64,000 nucleotides of DNA from the human T2T-CHM13v2.0 reference genome, Homo sapiens. Location: assembly GCF_009914755.1 (NCBI RefSeq), contig NC_060927.1. One strand, 5' to 3'. The position numbers and the translations under genes were made by a program. Every line of letters begins with the position of its first letter. The first letter of the stretch is position 1. A model generated the notes under the pieces. The model had not been told where the DNA came from, ran no database searches, and saw nothing but the letters and a program-made list of their open reading frames with translations. Of the stretch, positions 48,390 through 64,000 are shown piece by piece.

Positions 48390-48546
48390 AGGTGGTATGT
48401 ACCCATAACGCCAGCTACTGGGGAGCCTGAGGCAGGAGGATTGCTTAAGTCCAGGTGTTTGAGACCAACCTGGACAACATAGCGTCAAAAACATTTTTTT
48501 GAGACCCTGTCTCAAAAAAAAAAAAAAGGAAAAAAAAAAAAGGAAA
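48390..48546 (+). mobile_element. Degenerate Alu monomer (FLAM/FRAM-like)
   Basis: ctgaggcaggaggattgcttaagtccagg...gagaccctgtctc followed by an A tail. Confidence 0.85.
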
Positions 48547-48891
48547 TGCCTTTAGGTGCTCCTTTATATTGTTGTGAGTTTTGTTCCCATGAGACAGGCT
48601 CTATAGTATCTGGCTCTTTTCCTAAGCACTGCAAGAAAGCTAAACACAGGTCACTCTGCCAGGCCTACCAAAGTATGTCCTCAGTCTTCCCTACCGCAAC
48701 ATCACTCCCTACCAAGATAGCCCACCCCACCATCTCACACTGGGAAGATTCTGTTTAAGTTTTCTTGAATCTTTAGAAACAATTTTGGCCTCTCTGCTGG
48801 GGGAAGGAGTAGAGAATGCTGTTATCTGGGGACTGATACTTCCGTTTGTTCAGAGGAATAGCTCAGTGGACTACCATTCTTGGTAATGGTA

Positions 48892-49329
48892 TAGTTGACC
48901 CTTGGAAAACATGAATGTGAACTGCACAGCTCTACTTATATGTGGATTTCTGCCACCCCAGGAAGAGCAAGACCAATCCTTCTTCTTTCTCCTCTTTCTC
49001 AGCTACTCAAAGTGGAAGATGAGGAGAATAAAGACCTTTATGATGATCCACTTCCAGTTAATCAATAGTAAATATATTTTCTCTTCCTTATAATTTTACT
49101 AACATTTTCTTTTCTCTAACTTACTTTATTGTAAGAATACAGTATATGTGTTATATACTGTATATAATACATGTTATATGAAATATGTTTTAATCAACCA
49201 TTTATGTTATCAGTAAGTCAATAGTAAGCTATTAGTCATTAAAAGTTTAGGGAGTCAAAAGTTATAGGCAGATTTTCCACTGTGCAGGAATAAGCGCCTC
49301 TAACTCTGTGTTGTTGAGGGGTTAACTGA
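48892..49329 (+). mobile_element. Tigger2a/MER28-like TcMar DNA element
   Basis: TIR-like ends agttgacccttg and gaggggttaactg; internal aagacctttatgatgatccacttcca. Confidence 0.87.
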
Positions 49330-49386
49330 AATTCCTACAAATTTTCATGAAAAGTTTAATTACTTTTTGTGTGTTTCTGAACATAG

Positions 49387-49400
49387 GCTCCCTCTTGTGG
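49387..49400 (-). promoter_or_regulatory. Candidate CTCF motif
   Basis: Minus strand reads CCACAAGAGGGAGC, close to the CTCF core consensus. Motif evidence only. Confidence 0.4.
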
Positions 49401-49416
49401 TTCATAGGATATATGA

Positions 49417-50606
<1,190 letters not shown>

Positions 50607-50994
50607 ATTATGTAACTTTTTATTATGGAGAATTTCACACTTAAGAAATGAAGAAAAAAGCAAAAAGAGCTTCCATATGTGCATTATCCACTTTCAACTA
50701 TTTATCAACGTTTGAACATTTTGCTATACCTATTTATCTATCACTATCATTCCCCCCGCTCATTCTTTTTCTGGAGTATTTAAAGCAAATATCAGATGTC
50801 CTATAATTCACCTGTAAATATCATAACATTCAAAGCTTTTAATATATATTAGCTATTTTAGTCCTTGACAAAAAGTATATATTATTATTCCCATTTTATG
50901 TATGTATAAACTGAGGCAAACAGTATTCAGTGACCCGCAGGGCTCAGGACTCAAACCCTGGAGTCTGAATGCAAAGCTTTATAAGTACGTCATT

Positions 50995-51200
50995 TCTGAG
51001 ATTAGGCTGTGGCTTCTGTCTGGGGTGCCCTCTCTCTCTCTCTTTCCTGGATCACTAGTACTTGAGGAAGCCAGCTTACATGTCCAGCAGCCCCATGCAG
51101 AGGCCTGCATGGTGAGAAACAGGGCCTCTAGCCAACAGCCAGTTAGGAACTGAGGGCTAACAACAACCACATGAGAGAGCTTGGGAGCAGATTCTCCATC
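50995..51200 (+). mobile_element. MaLR MLT1F-like fragment
   Basis: gaggaagccagc...gagggctaacaacaaccacatgagagagcttgggagcagattct. Confidence 0.7.
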
Positions 51201-53437
51201 CCTTATATAGCTTATATTTTAGTGGGCAATATAGACAATGAACAAGTAAACAAATAAGCAAACAAACAAACAAAAAAATATATATATAATGTAGTTTCAG
51301 GTAGTGATTAAATCATATAAAGAGAAATAAAGAAGGATAAAGGAGCAGTGTGTGATGCGGTGGGAGACACTCTTTTTGATGGAGCAATAAAATAAGGTAT
51401 ATCAGTTCTTTTACTTTTGGTACAAATAAGAGAAAACCCAACTGAATGTGGCCCAAACCAAAAAAGAAATTTATTATATCACATAACAACAAGTCCAGAG
51501 GTAGGAGCGCTCTTAGTTAGTAACAAGGATATCATCAGGGAACCAGGTTCTTTCTGCTTTGCCATCGTTGGTATATCAGTTTTGAGTTCCAAACAAAAGA
51601 AAAATAGAAATTCTGGGGCAGAGTAAGTTTTTAGCTGAAAAGATATAATTTGAATACAATTTTAGTGTAAAGTCTTGAGTATTTACGCGTTTATAGGTAT
51701 ATAAAAGGAAGCACAGATTTCTGAAGCCTGTGTCTCCAACCAAAGGCAAGGATGGGACCTCTAAAAGCAGAAATCACACATTTTCACAAGGAAAAATGAT
51801 TGCTTGGTTTAAACAACCCCTTGGATTGTCAGCTCAAAGTTGGTTGGTTACAGTAGAGTTTGGCACAGCTGACTGTTATGCCCCAAGTCAGTTTGTTGAA
51901 TCCAGATAGTAGAGGCACAAATTTATCATCAGGCAGCTTTCCTACTGACTCTGATGAGCTTTCTGAAAAGTGGTTACTTTGGTTCCATCTTCTGGAGCTC
52001 TGGGTTATACAGTGTGCAAATCTGAATGCACATACTCAAAGTTCAGCAAAAATTTATTTTATTCTTCTCTTCATGGATGTAAGATGGCTGCAGCAGTTCT
52101 AGATGTCAGATCCAGATACACAATATTAAAGGGCTATCTTGTATTATGCTGTAACACAGTGATTTATTAAGTCTTCATTAATCCCTCTCAGCAGTTATAT
52201 ACTGGATATATACTGGATATAATGTACTGAATTAAAAATGTGACATTCTTTTATCCTCTAGCAGTGAAGCAGTAAAATATTGGTCAGAATGAGAATCATG
52301 GGTAGGTCTAATCATGCAGGAACAGGAGATTCTAAATAAGTTGCCAAAGAAATTCATTTCGCATTAGATTATCTTCTTTTCTAGGCGAATGTTATTTAGG
52401 AGCTGTGTTTACATACCAAATAATCCCTGAATTCAAGGCTGTTGTGTGATTACTGAACATGTTAAAGAGCTTACTTCCTTGCACTGCCTCCCTACAAGAT
52501 TCATGTCAAGTCCTGTCTAACTACCTGTACAAAACTTGAGGAGGAAAGTGGGCTTTCAGCAAGCACACTCTTGGGATAAAAGTAGAAAATAAAGGCCAGA
52601 AATCATGGCCGTTTCCTCCAGAGAAAATACCAGAACATATTTAAACTCAGGGGTGGTATGCTGTTTCTGGGGAATGTGCCCTGAGGCTATTTTGATACAC
52701 GAATTAGGAGTATCTTTAGTGATAATTTCAACATACTACATATGTTCTTTATAATTTGGAAAAGTTACGGGGAGAGTGGAGAAAACAGGAAGGGATTGTT
52801 AGCCTAGAAAAAAGGTTGAAGGAGTGAGGGGGGATCTAGGGGCCACACAGATAGACCAAGCCAGTTTCATGAGCTTACCTGGGGCCAGGTTGAAATGGTT
52901 CATTTGAACCACATCTCTGCCTCAGGTTTTCTGTAAATTTCATTCATTATTGCAACTGGCTTGCCATCACCTAATTCAATTCTTCTTCAATGAATCTGGC
53001 AGTGTACTTCTTAGAAACAACATGAATGATGGCTTAAACCAGTTTTATGTCAAATATCCCTTCCTGGTTTAGTTCATGTTTTGGGGGCTCTTTTTAACAT
53101 AAGCAGCAATATATACCTTTTAAGATATTTAGAAGCTTTATAGTCCAGTTTAAATTTTGGTTAACTAGTTATACAGTTTAGATTGGCAAAGCAGATACAA
53201 TGCCAGCATAACATTTATTCATTCAAGAAATGTTTACTGAGTGCCTGCTGTGTGCCATAAGTAAGATAGCTGTCTCTTTAAGGTTTTAATAATACCTGTT
53301 TAGCAATTATTCTTTATCGCTACTGAAGCTGATAGATGCTATCTGACACAGTAGATTTTAGGAATATATACATATTAATCATGTTTCTGACCCATAATGT
53401 AATAGTTCATGCTCATCAACATTCAAATATTTTTATT

Positions 53438-54740
<1,303 letters not shown>

Positions 54741-55769
54741 TCTTTATTTTTCAATTTTAATTTTATTTTGTTAAAATAATACATACATATTTAAAAAGAT
54801 TAAGTAGTACCAAAAAGGTTATGATAAAATGCAGCATTTCCCTTCCCCATCCCTCTCTACTTTCTTCCCTCCTTCCTAGAGACAACTATTTTTTTATGCT
54901 TTTAGCTCTCTCTGGCATTTACACCTCTACCTAATTTGTAAATAATAGGCATATACTATCTTTAGCTATTATCTATCAGCTTCATATTGTAGTAGATGAG
55001 AATTTATCTGTCTTACAATGTCATTCTGTCTTCTGCTATCCTTAATATTCTCAATATAGTTATATTACAATAGTTGGTCAAATCAATAATCAATGTTTAC
55101 ATTATTACATATATGCGAATATAATTCCCAGCAGTGTCGCAGTGTTTTATGATTGTATTTTCAATATATCTTCCAGTTTGCTATCTGCTGGAAACCCATT
55201 CACTGATCTTAAACTTGATTTATGGTTTCTTTCCATTGTCAAATCCAATCTGATTCTTTTTAAAACATGCTCTGTTGCTTGTTATAGTTTCCAGTTTCCT
55301 GTTGAAATTTTCAAGCATAATTTTTGTGTCCTTTAACATAGTAAATATAGTTGTTTTATTATTTGTGTTTAATAATTCCAATATCTGGATTCTTTCAGGG
55401 CTGTTTGACATCATTTATTTCTGTTGGTTTTTGTTTTTGTTATCTAGCCTTATGGGTTCTAGTTAGATTCTCTGGGTCCTTAATCTGTCTTTCTACATTT
55501 AGATTTATTCCCTATTTGGTGAAGCATATCCATCAAGTTAAAAGTATGTTACAATGGCAGAAACATGGTAAGGACAGCGGTTGACATGGCTCTCTCTCAT
55601 ACCACACTGCCCCAATCAGGACTGCTGTGCAGTTGTCATTTGAATATCACAACTTCACCACCAGCATGGAGAGTCTTTTCCTTTTTCTGTGTTGAATCTC
55701 TTATTTTCTATATTCCGTATTTTCTTATTTCTCAGATGACTCTCTCATCTTAGTACAGGCAATGTGATT

Positions 55770-56741
<972 letters not shown>

Positions 56742-57365
56742 TGAGAAGCCCAGAGTCATTTTTATTATCATTCCTTGTACATGGCCTGTTTTTTCTCCCT
56801 CTCCAGACACTTAGAACATTATCTCTTTGTCTCTAATGTTCTGATATTTCACAATGTATGGGCCTATAAGAGTAGAAAATTCCACATGTCAGAAACCTGA
56901 TGCTTTAAAATTCCATAAATATAACCAAAACACAAGCAAAAAATTGGGGAAAATATTTGCAACTTGAAAAATAAAGGGTTATTACTCTTATAATAGAAAG
57001 CACTCTTAGAAGAAAAATTCTACAAAAGAAATATTCAAAATAGCCATTTTAAAGAGTACATCTGTAGGTCTAGAACTGAAAGGGAAAAAAAGGAAAAAAG
57101 TACAAAAGTGTACAAAAAATCAGCCAAGAAACATATAGAAAAATCCATAGACTTACTAGAAATAAAATTAATGCAAATTAAAACTGTGAGGAACAATTTT
57201 TCATCTTTTTAATTGGTGAAGACTAAAAAAAAAACTCAAAATAGCTAATGTTGGTTAGGTTTCAGTACTTTCATACACTGTTGTTAGAAATGCAGTCAAC
57301 CATCTCTTCTAGATGAGGCAAAATTCCGTAAGCCAGATCAAAAGCTTTAAAAAATGTCCATGTTA

Positions 57366-58095
<730 letters not shown>

Positions 58096-58169
58096 GAGTA
58101 GAAACAACCTAAATACTCAAAAATAGACAATTGGCTTAAGTCACTCCCATGGCAATGGGATGTTTCAGC

Positions 58170-58894
<725 letters not shown>

Positions 58895-59089
58895 GCAAGA
58901 TATCATATTAAATTTATCATATAAAAAGTGGCCGTTATTGGTAAGAGGTTGACTTGGGGAAGTGAAATGAGATTTGGTGAGAAAAAAAACTCTCTGCACT
59001 CTGTCCATCATTTATTAATAGAATGTTTTCTTTCTAGAGATGAACTATTTCTACTTCTAAACATTGAGGAGATACAAAGAAGGGCTTTT

Positions 59090-59204
59090 GGCTAGATATG
59101 GTGGCTCATACCTGTAATCCCAGCACTTTGGCAGGCTAAGGCAGGAGAATCACTTGAGTCCAGGAGCTCAAGACCAGCCTGGGCAAAAAGCAAGACCCCA
59201 TTAC

Positions 59205-59235
<31 letters not shown>
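59090..59235 (+). mobile_element. FLAM-like Alu monomer
   Basis: Monomer with a long A tail. Confidence 0.9.
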
Positions 59236-59239
<4 letters not shown>

Positions 59240-59294
59240 CTTTCAGCAATGATAGTGATAAAATTACAAAAAAAAAAAAAAAAAAAAAAGCAAC

Positions 59295-59545
59295 AGTAAC
59301 TAACATTGAGTACTTACTGTGTTCTGGGCAGCCTGTCAGGTATTTAATGTATTTTATTTAACTCCCATGATAGCCCTTTGGGGTAGGTAGTATTCTTTAT
59401 CATCTTTAGGTGTGAAGACTGAGGCTTAGAGACGTTGAGTGAACGGCCTAGAGTGAGTGACACAGCTGATAAATATTGTAGTTAGAATTTAAACTCTGGA
59501 AGTCAGGATTCCAGACATTCTTATCCACTGGGCTGAACTGCCTCG
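59295..59545 (-). mobile_element. MIR, near full length
   Basis: aacattgagtacttactgtg...gaagactgaggcttagagacgttgagtgaacggcc...ccactgggctgaactgcctc. Confidence 0.85.
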
Positions 59546-60059
59546 AATAAGTAAAGCATCTCCGTTAGTGGAGATCCCCTAATAGCCCGCTGTTCTGGGA
59601 GACATACCGAGGGATCATTTTAATTAGGTAGATGTAAGGAAACACAGGGGAAGGTTGTAGCTGGACATGTGGGAATTGACAATGAAGCTCTTTTCATCAT
59701 TTTCTTTGGTACATGAAGTTCAAAGGCTGCTGGGAGAAAGTCAGCAAATTTTCCCAAAGACTAAGCTTCTGGGAAGGCAGTTACTGAGACCCCTGATCAC
59801 TTCCTTTAGGAGGGTTAATATTGCTATATCACCTCTGGACTGGAATGGCCCTGACCTGACGTGGCAGCAGCAAAAGACAGGAGAAATTCGCCATGGAGAG
59901 GGGAGCCTGGACTGCTTACCTGGACTTAACAATCCTGGCAGCAACAACAAGTTTCTAGCTCAGTTCCTACAAATTTTACTCTAGCATCACACATGTGTCC
60001 TAGGAAAAAAGCCCTTTGTGTTTGTAACTTTGGAACCATAGATTGTCAGAGCATTTACA

Positions 60060-60254
60060 TTTTTTTTTTCTTGGTGACAGAGTCTCGCTCTGTCAGCCAG
60101 GCTGGAGGGCAGTGATGTGATCTCGGCTCATTGCAACCTCCGCCACCCGGGGTCAAGCGATTCTCCTGCCTCAACCTTCCGAGTAGCGCGTGATCTACCT
60201 GCCTTGGCCTCCCAAAGTGCTGGGATTACAGGCACGAGCCACCGCGCCCAGCCC
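60060..60254 (-). mobile_element. Alu with an internal deletion
   Basis: gagtagc joins cgtgatctacctgcc directly near 60188; both ends and the TSD cagagcattta are intact. Confidence 0.92.
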
Positions 60255-60772
60255 AGAGCATTTAAATTTTAATAGCTCCATCCTGCGAAAGGTCGTGCTG
60301 TAGTAGATATTCTGTGTCTCAACAGTGACACCTTGTGGGGCAGAGGTAGCAGAGGCTGGGGGCTGTTTGGACTGGAGTAGTTTTCTATCTTTCTTAAAGT
60401 CAGTTATAAGCAGGATTGATCTTTTGGACTCTGTTCCTGAACTTAACATGGAAGGACAAAAACACGTAGAAAACATGATGTACTGTGTACACCTAATCAA
60501 TTTGAATGTTGAGTTTTGATTTCACTCACAATTCATTCATTAAAGATTAAAAGTACAATGATACACTACTTTTCATCTAACAGGTTAATAAATATTAAAA
60601 AGTAGGACAGAATTTAGTGTCAGTGAGGGTATAAGAAAACTATCAAAAACTGTTACTGGAAATAAAAAATCGTGCAAAAAATTGGAAGATAATCTATGAT
60701 AACATATACCCAAATTTAAAATGCACATATTCTATAATCCAGTAATGCCATCATTAAGAATTTAGGAGTGTT

Positions 60773-61084
<312 letters not shown>

Positions 61085-61120
61085 TTAGGAGTGTTTTCTA
61101 ATGATTTTTTGTTTGTTTAA

Positions 61121-62050
61121 TGTATCAATTAGGATGCAGTCATTTGTAAAGAACAACGATGAAAAAACCCAATTCAAACATGTTTGAACAATGGAGGGGA
61201 TTTATTAGGCAATGGACCGAGATCCCAGAAATAGAGTGGACTTCACCTGGGGTTTGACTCAGCATCTCAGAGATATCATCGTCCACCTAGTTTCTTTCTA
61301 ACTCCGTTTTCTGGCTTCTGGGACATCAAACTAATTCCCTATCAAAGTTATAAGATGGCTGACAACAACTCCCAAGGTATAGTGGACATATGTTTTCTTT
61401 ATGGCCACAAGGCACCCTTGAAAACCTTTCCTATGGAGAGTTCTCCATCTTATAAGTCCTTATTTTCTCAATGTGAAAATCAGAAATTGTTTCCCAGTCT
61501 CCCTTGCAGCTCTGTGAAATCTGGTGACATGAAGATGCAATCACCATGCAGAAACCCTCCTGGCAAGAGTGGCAGTACTAGCTCCAGAAGCAGCAGTTGC
61601 AGAAGTTCAGGTGAAAGTCCCTAGGGACCAGCACCCTTGCCAGTGGGGTATTTGTGCTCATTGGGAGCAATGGTGGTGTTTTCTTTGGAGCAGTTCTACA
61701 ATAGGATAAATTGTTGTGTGGCCCTGAAGCCGGATTCTCTGGTCTTCCAGAGAGTCTATGAACTCATTGATATCCTTTAATAAATTTGCTTTCTGCTTAA
61801 ATTATCCACAGTTCATTTCTATTGTGTGCAAGAACCCTAATACACAGAGATACTTTTTTTCAGCCACATCTAGAGAGTGGGGTAACTTTCAGAAATTCCC
61901 TCAAAAGAGCTAAGAAGCTTCCTTCTCTGTTATCTCTGGCAAACCTCTTTTTACATCTCTATAGTCAGAATTGGGTCATTTTTTTTTTTTCTGTACTACT
62001 GGGGCTTGAGGACGGGATTATGATAATGATCTAAGGCCTGAGCCACATTC
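61121..62050. mobile_element. Old MLT1 LTR (-) with a second MLT1-type LTR (+, about 61378-61845) nested inside
   Basis: tgtatcaattaggatgc...aagatggctgacaacaactcc; the inner element ends taataaatttgctttctgcttaa...gcaagaaccctaataca. Confidence 0.6.
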
Positions 62051-62689
62051 TTATCCCTTAAGGCTTAAGACAAAGAACAAAGAGGGAGAGGCGAGGACAC
62101 CCAGGGTGAGATCAGGAGGATACTAACTTCAGAGAGGGGTGAATGGGTGAAAGTATATTGGAGGTAGAAGAACCACAATGCCTACCAGACAGAGCAACTT
62201 ACATCAAACCCTTTGAACTTCCAAGCTTGCTCCTCACATGTGTGAAGAAGTCTGCATAAACCACTATATTATGTTGCTGTTTGTCACCACCTGGAACATC
62301 TGGACAGAGTCCCCAGGATAGGATACAACTTCCTTTCCATGGGGCCAGTCACATTCTTTGCTGTCTTGTTCCTTCATTCTGCCTTTAATGAGGGTGGGGT
62401 CAATAAAGAAAATGGCAGTAAATTTCTCTTTAGTTTAATGGAAAATTCCTCTGGAAGTTCACCCCTCATTGATGTACTCCACTTCCTTATTTTTCTCCCC
62501 TATTCTTAGGAGCCAATATCTCTGCAACAATGCTTCCTTCTTCTCACCTTTCAAAGCAAGACTTTATTCATTCTCTGAACAACCCACCCCTTCCAAATAG
62601 ATCAGACTATACCCCTAGCGGTATATTTCTCAAAATTTGGAGCCTGTTCTGAGTAATATGCTTTTCAAGCGAATTTTACCCTTAGTACT

Positions 62690-62860
62690 AGTGACATTTA
62701 GGGCTGGATAATATTTTTGCTATGAGAGACTGTCCTGTGCATTGTAGAATGTTTAGAAGCATCTCTAGCTTCTATCCACTAGAGGCTAGTAGCATCCTCT
62801 CCCACCAAGTTGTGACAACCAAAAATGACCACTGGAGAGCAAAATTACCCATTTAATAAC
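62690..62860. mobile_element. MER20-like hAT MITE
   Basis: gactgtcctgtgcattgtagaatgtttagaagcatc...ccaagttgtgacaaccaaaaatg. Confidence 0.85.
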
Positions 62861-63184
62861 AAGTAAGCTAGAATAATACTCTGGGGGAGACTGTGCTGGG
62901 TGAGAGTAGAGGAGTTCTCTTATATTCCAAGTTAGGGTGGAGAACGTGGGGAACTTTATCCAGGTTTCACCAAAAAGTAAAGGACAGGTGAAGGAACTCA
63001 CTTCTCTTGTGAGTCATCAATGAACTTCTTTGCTCTCCTGACTGTGCTGCAGGGGACTGCTGAATCACCATCTCCCAAGGACAAATATTAATTTTCATAG
63101 AGTACAGCCTAACCACAAGGTAGAAGATACATATTTTCCCATCTGTCCTTCTGTCCTGTAATTTTACAAGGCCATCTCTCTCTT

Positions 63185-63492
<308 letters not shown>

Positions 63493-63900
63493 TAATGAGG
63501 TATGACAAATTATTATTCAGCACAGACTTAATCCACCTATCTTGCTTCCAAATGTATCTTCTTTGGATCATCCCTGAGTAACACTTTTTAAAATTCCCTT
63601 AGCTACTCACAGAGTTGGCCAAAGATAAGAAATTATTACTTGGAAATGTAATCCCATAGTTTCTTTTTTATGATGGTGGTTGCTGTGTTACTTGGTACAC
63701 AGATATTTTGGGTTAGCTGATACAAAAGTTTGATATTTCAAACTCTTATCTTTATTGTGGCTTTTAGCTACATTTTTTTTTCTGGATAATTTTAGCCTTT
63801 AGCATTATGAAATGTCCTTAATTACATTTAAGCCTTTTTGGTCTGAATTGTCTGATATCAAAAGAACGACCCTGCACTCCTATTGTTTCCATTTGTCTGG

Positions 63901-64000
63901 TGTTTTAGTTAGTTCAAGCTGTTATAGATTGGGTGGCTTCAACAACATTTATTTCTTACGGTTATGGAGGATGTGAAGTCTAAGAGCAGGGTACCAGCAT
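63901..64000 (-). mobile_element. MLT1 LTR end, continuing beyond the window
   Basis: tgttttagttagttcaagctg...atttatttcttacggttatggagg...aagtctaag. Confidence 0.75.

Noticed and set aside
48853-48892. tagctcagtgg resembling a tRNA A-box
   Set aside because: No B-box or cloverleaf follows; abuts a Tigger element.
59667-59984. 105-aa ATG-initiated ORF in unique sequence
   Set aside because: No recognisable domain or promoter evidence; needs BLASTP, PhyloCSF or Ribo-seq support that I cannot run.

Overview
Primate (almost certainly human) repeat-rich intergenic or intronic DNA with no intact protein-coding gene or CpG island that I can recognise. Nearly all ORFs in the supplied track are Alu, L1, MaLR or microsatellite artefacts. 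The window holds more than 40 Alu/FLAM copies, many old L1 fragments, MaLR and ERVL LTRs (MLT1, MST, a truncated THE1 provirus, LTR16/LTR33) and DNA-transposon MITEs. Read by eye, it also holds three retrocopies: an IFITM1-type processed pseudogene (1-484, -), the 5' part only of an SDAD1 processed pseudogene (44609-45030, +) and a tailless U2 snRNA 5' fragment with a target-site duplication (TSD; 46115-46151). Further features are a decayed hAT/Charlie transposase (650-1700), an L1PA insertion with a probable 3' transduction (38533-39084), two AT-rich fold-back rearrangement scars and a non-repetitive octamer/ERR-NR5A/TATA motif cluster (18740-19055). I found no convincing new biological system; the interest is in genome-evolution fossils and one candidate regulatory element. 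Repeat subfamily names and parent-gene alignments come from recalled sequences, not database searches, and repeat boundaries are approximate.
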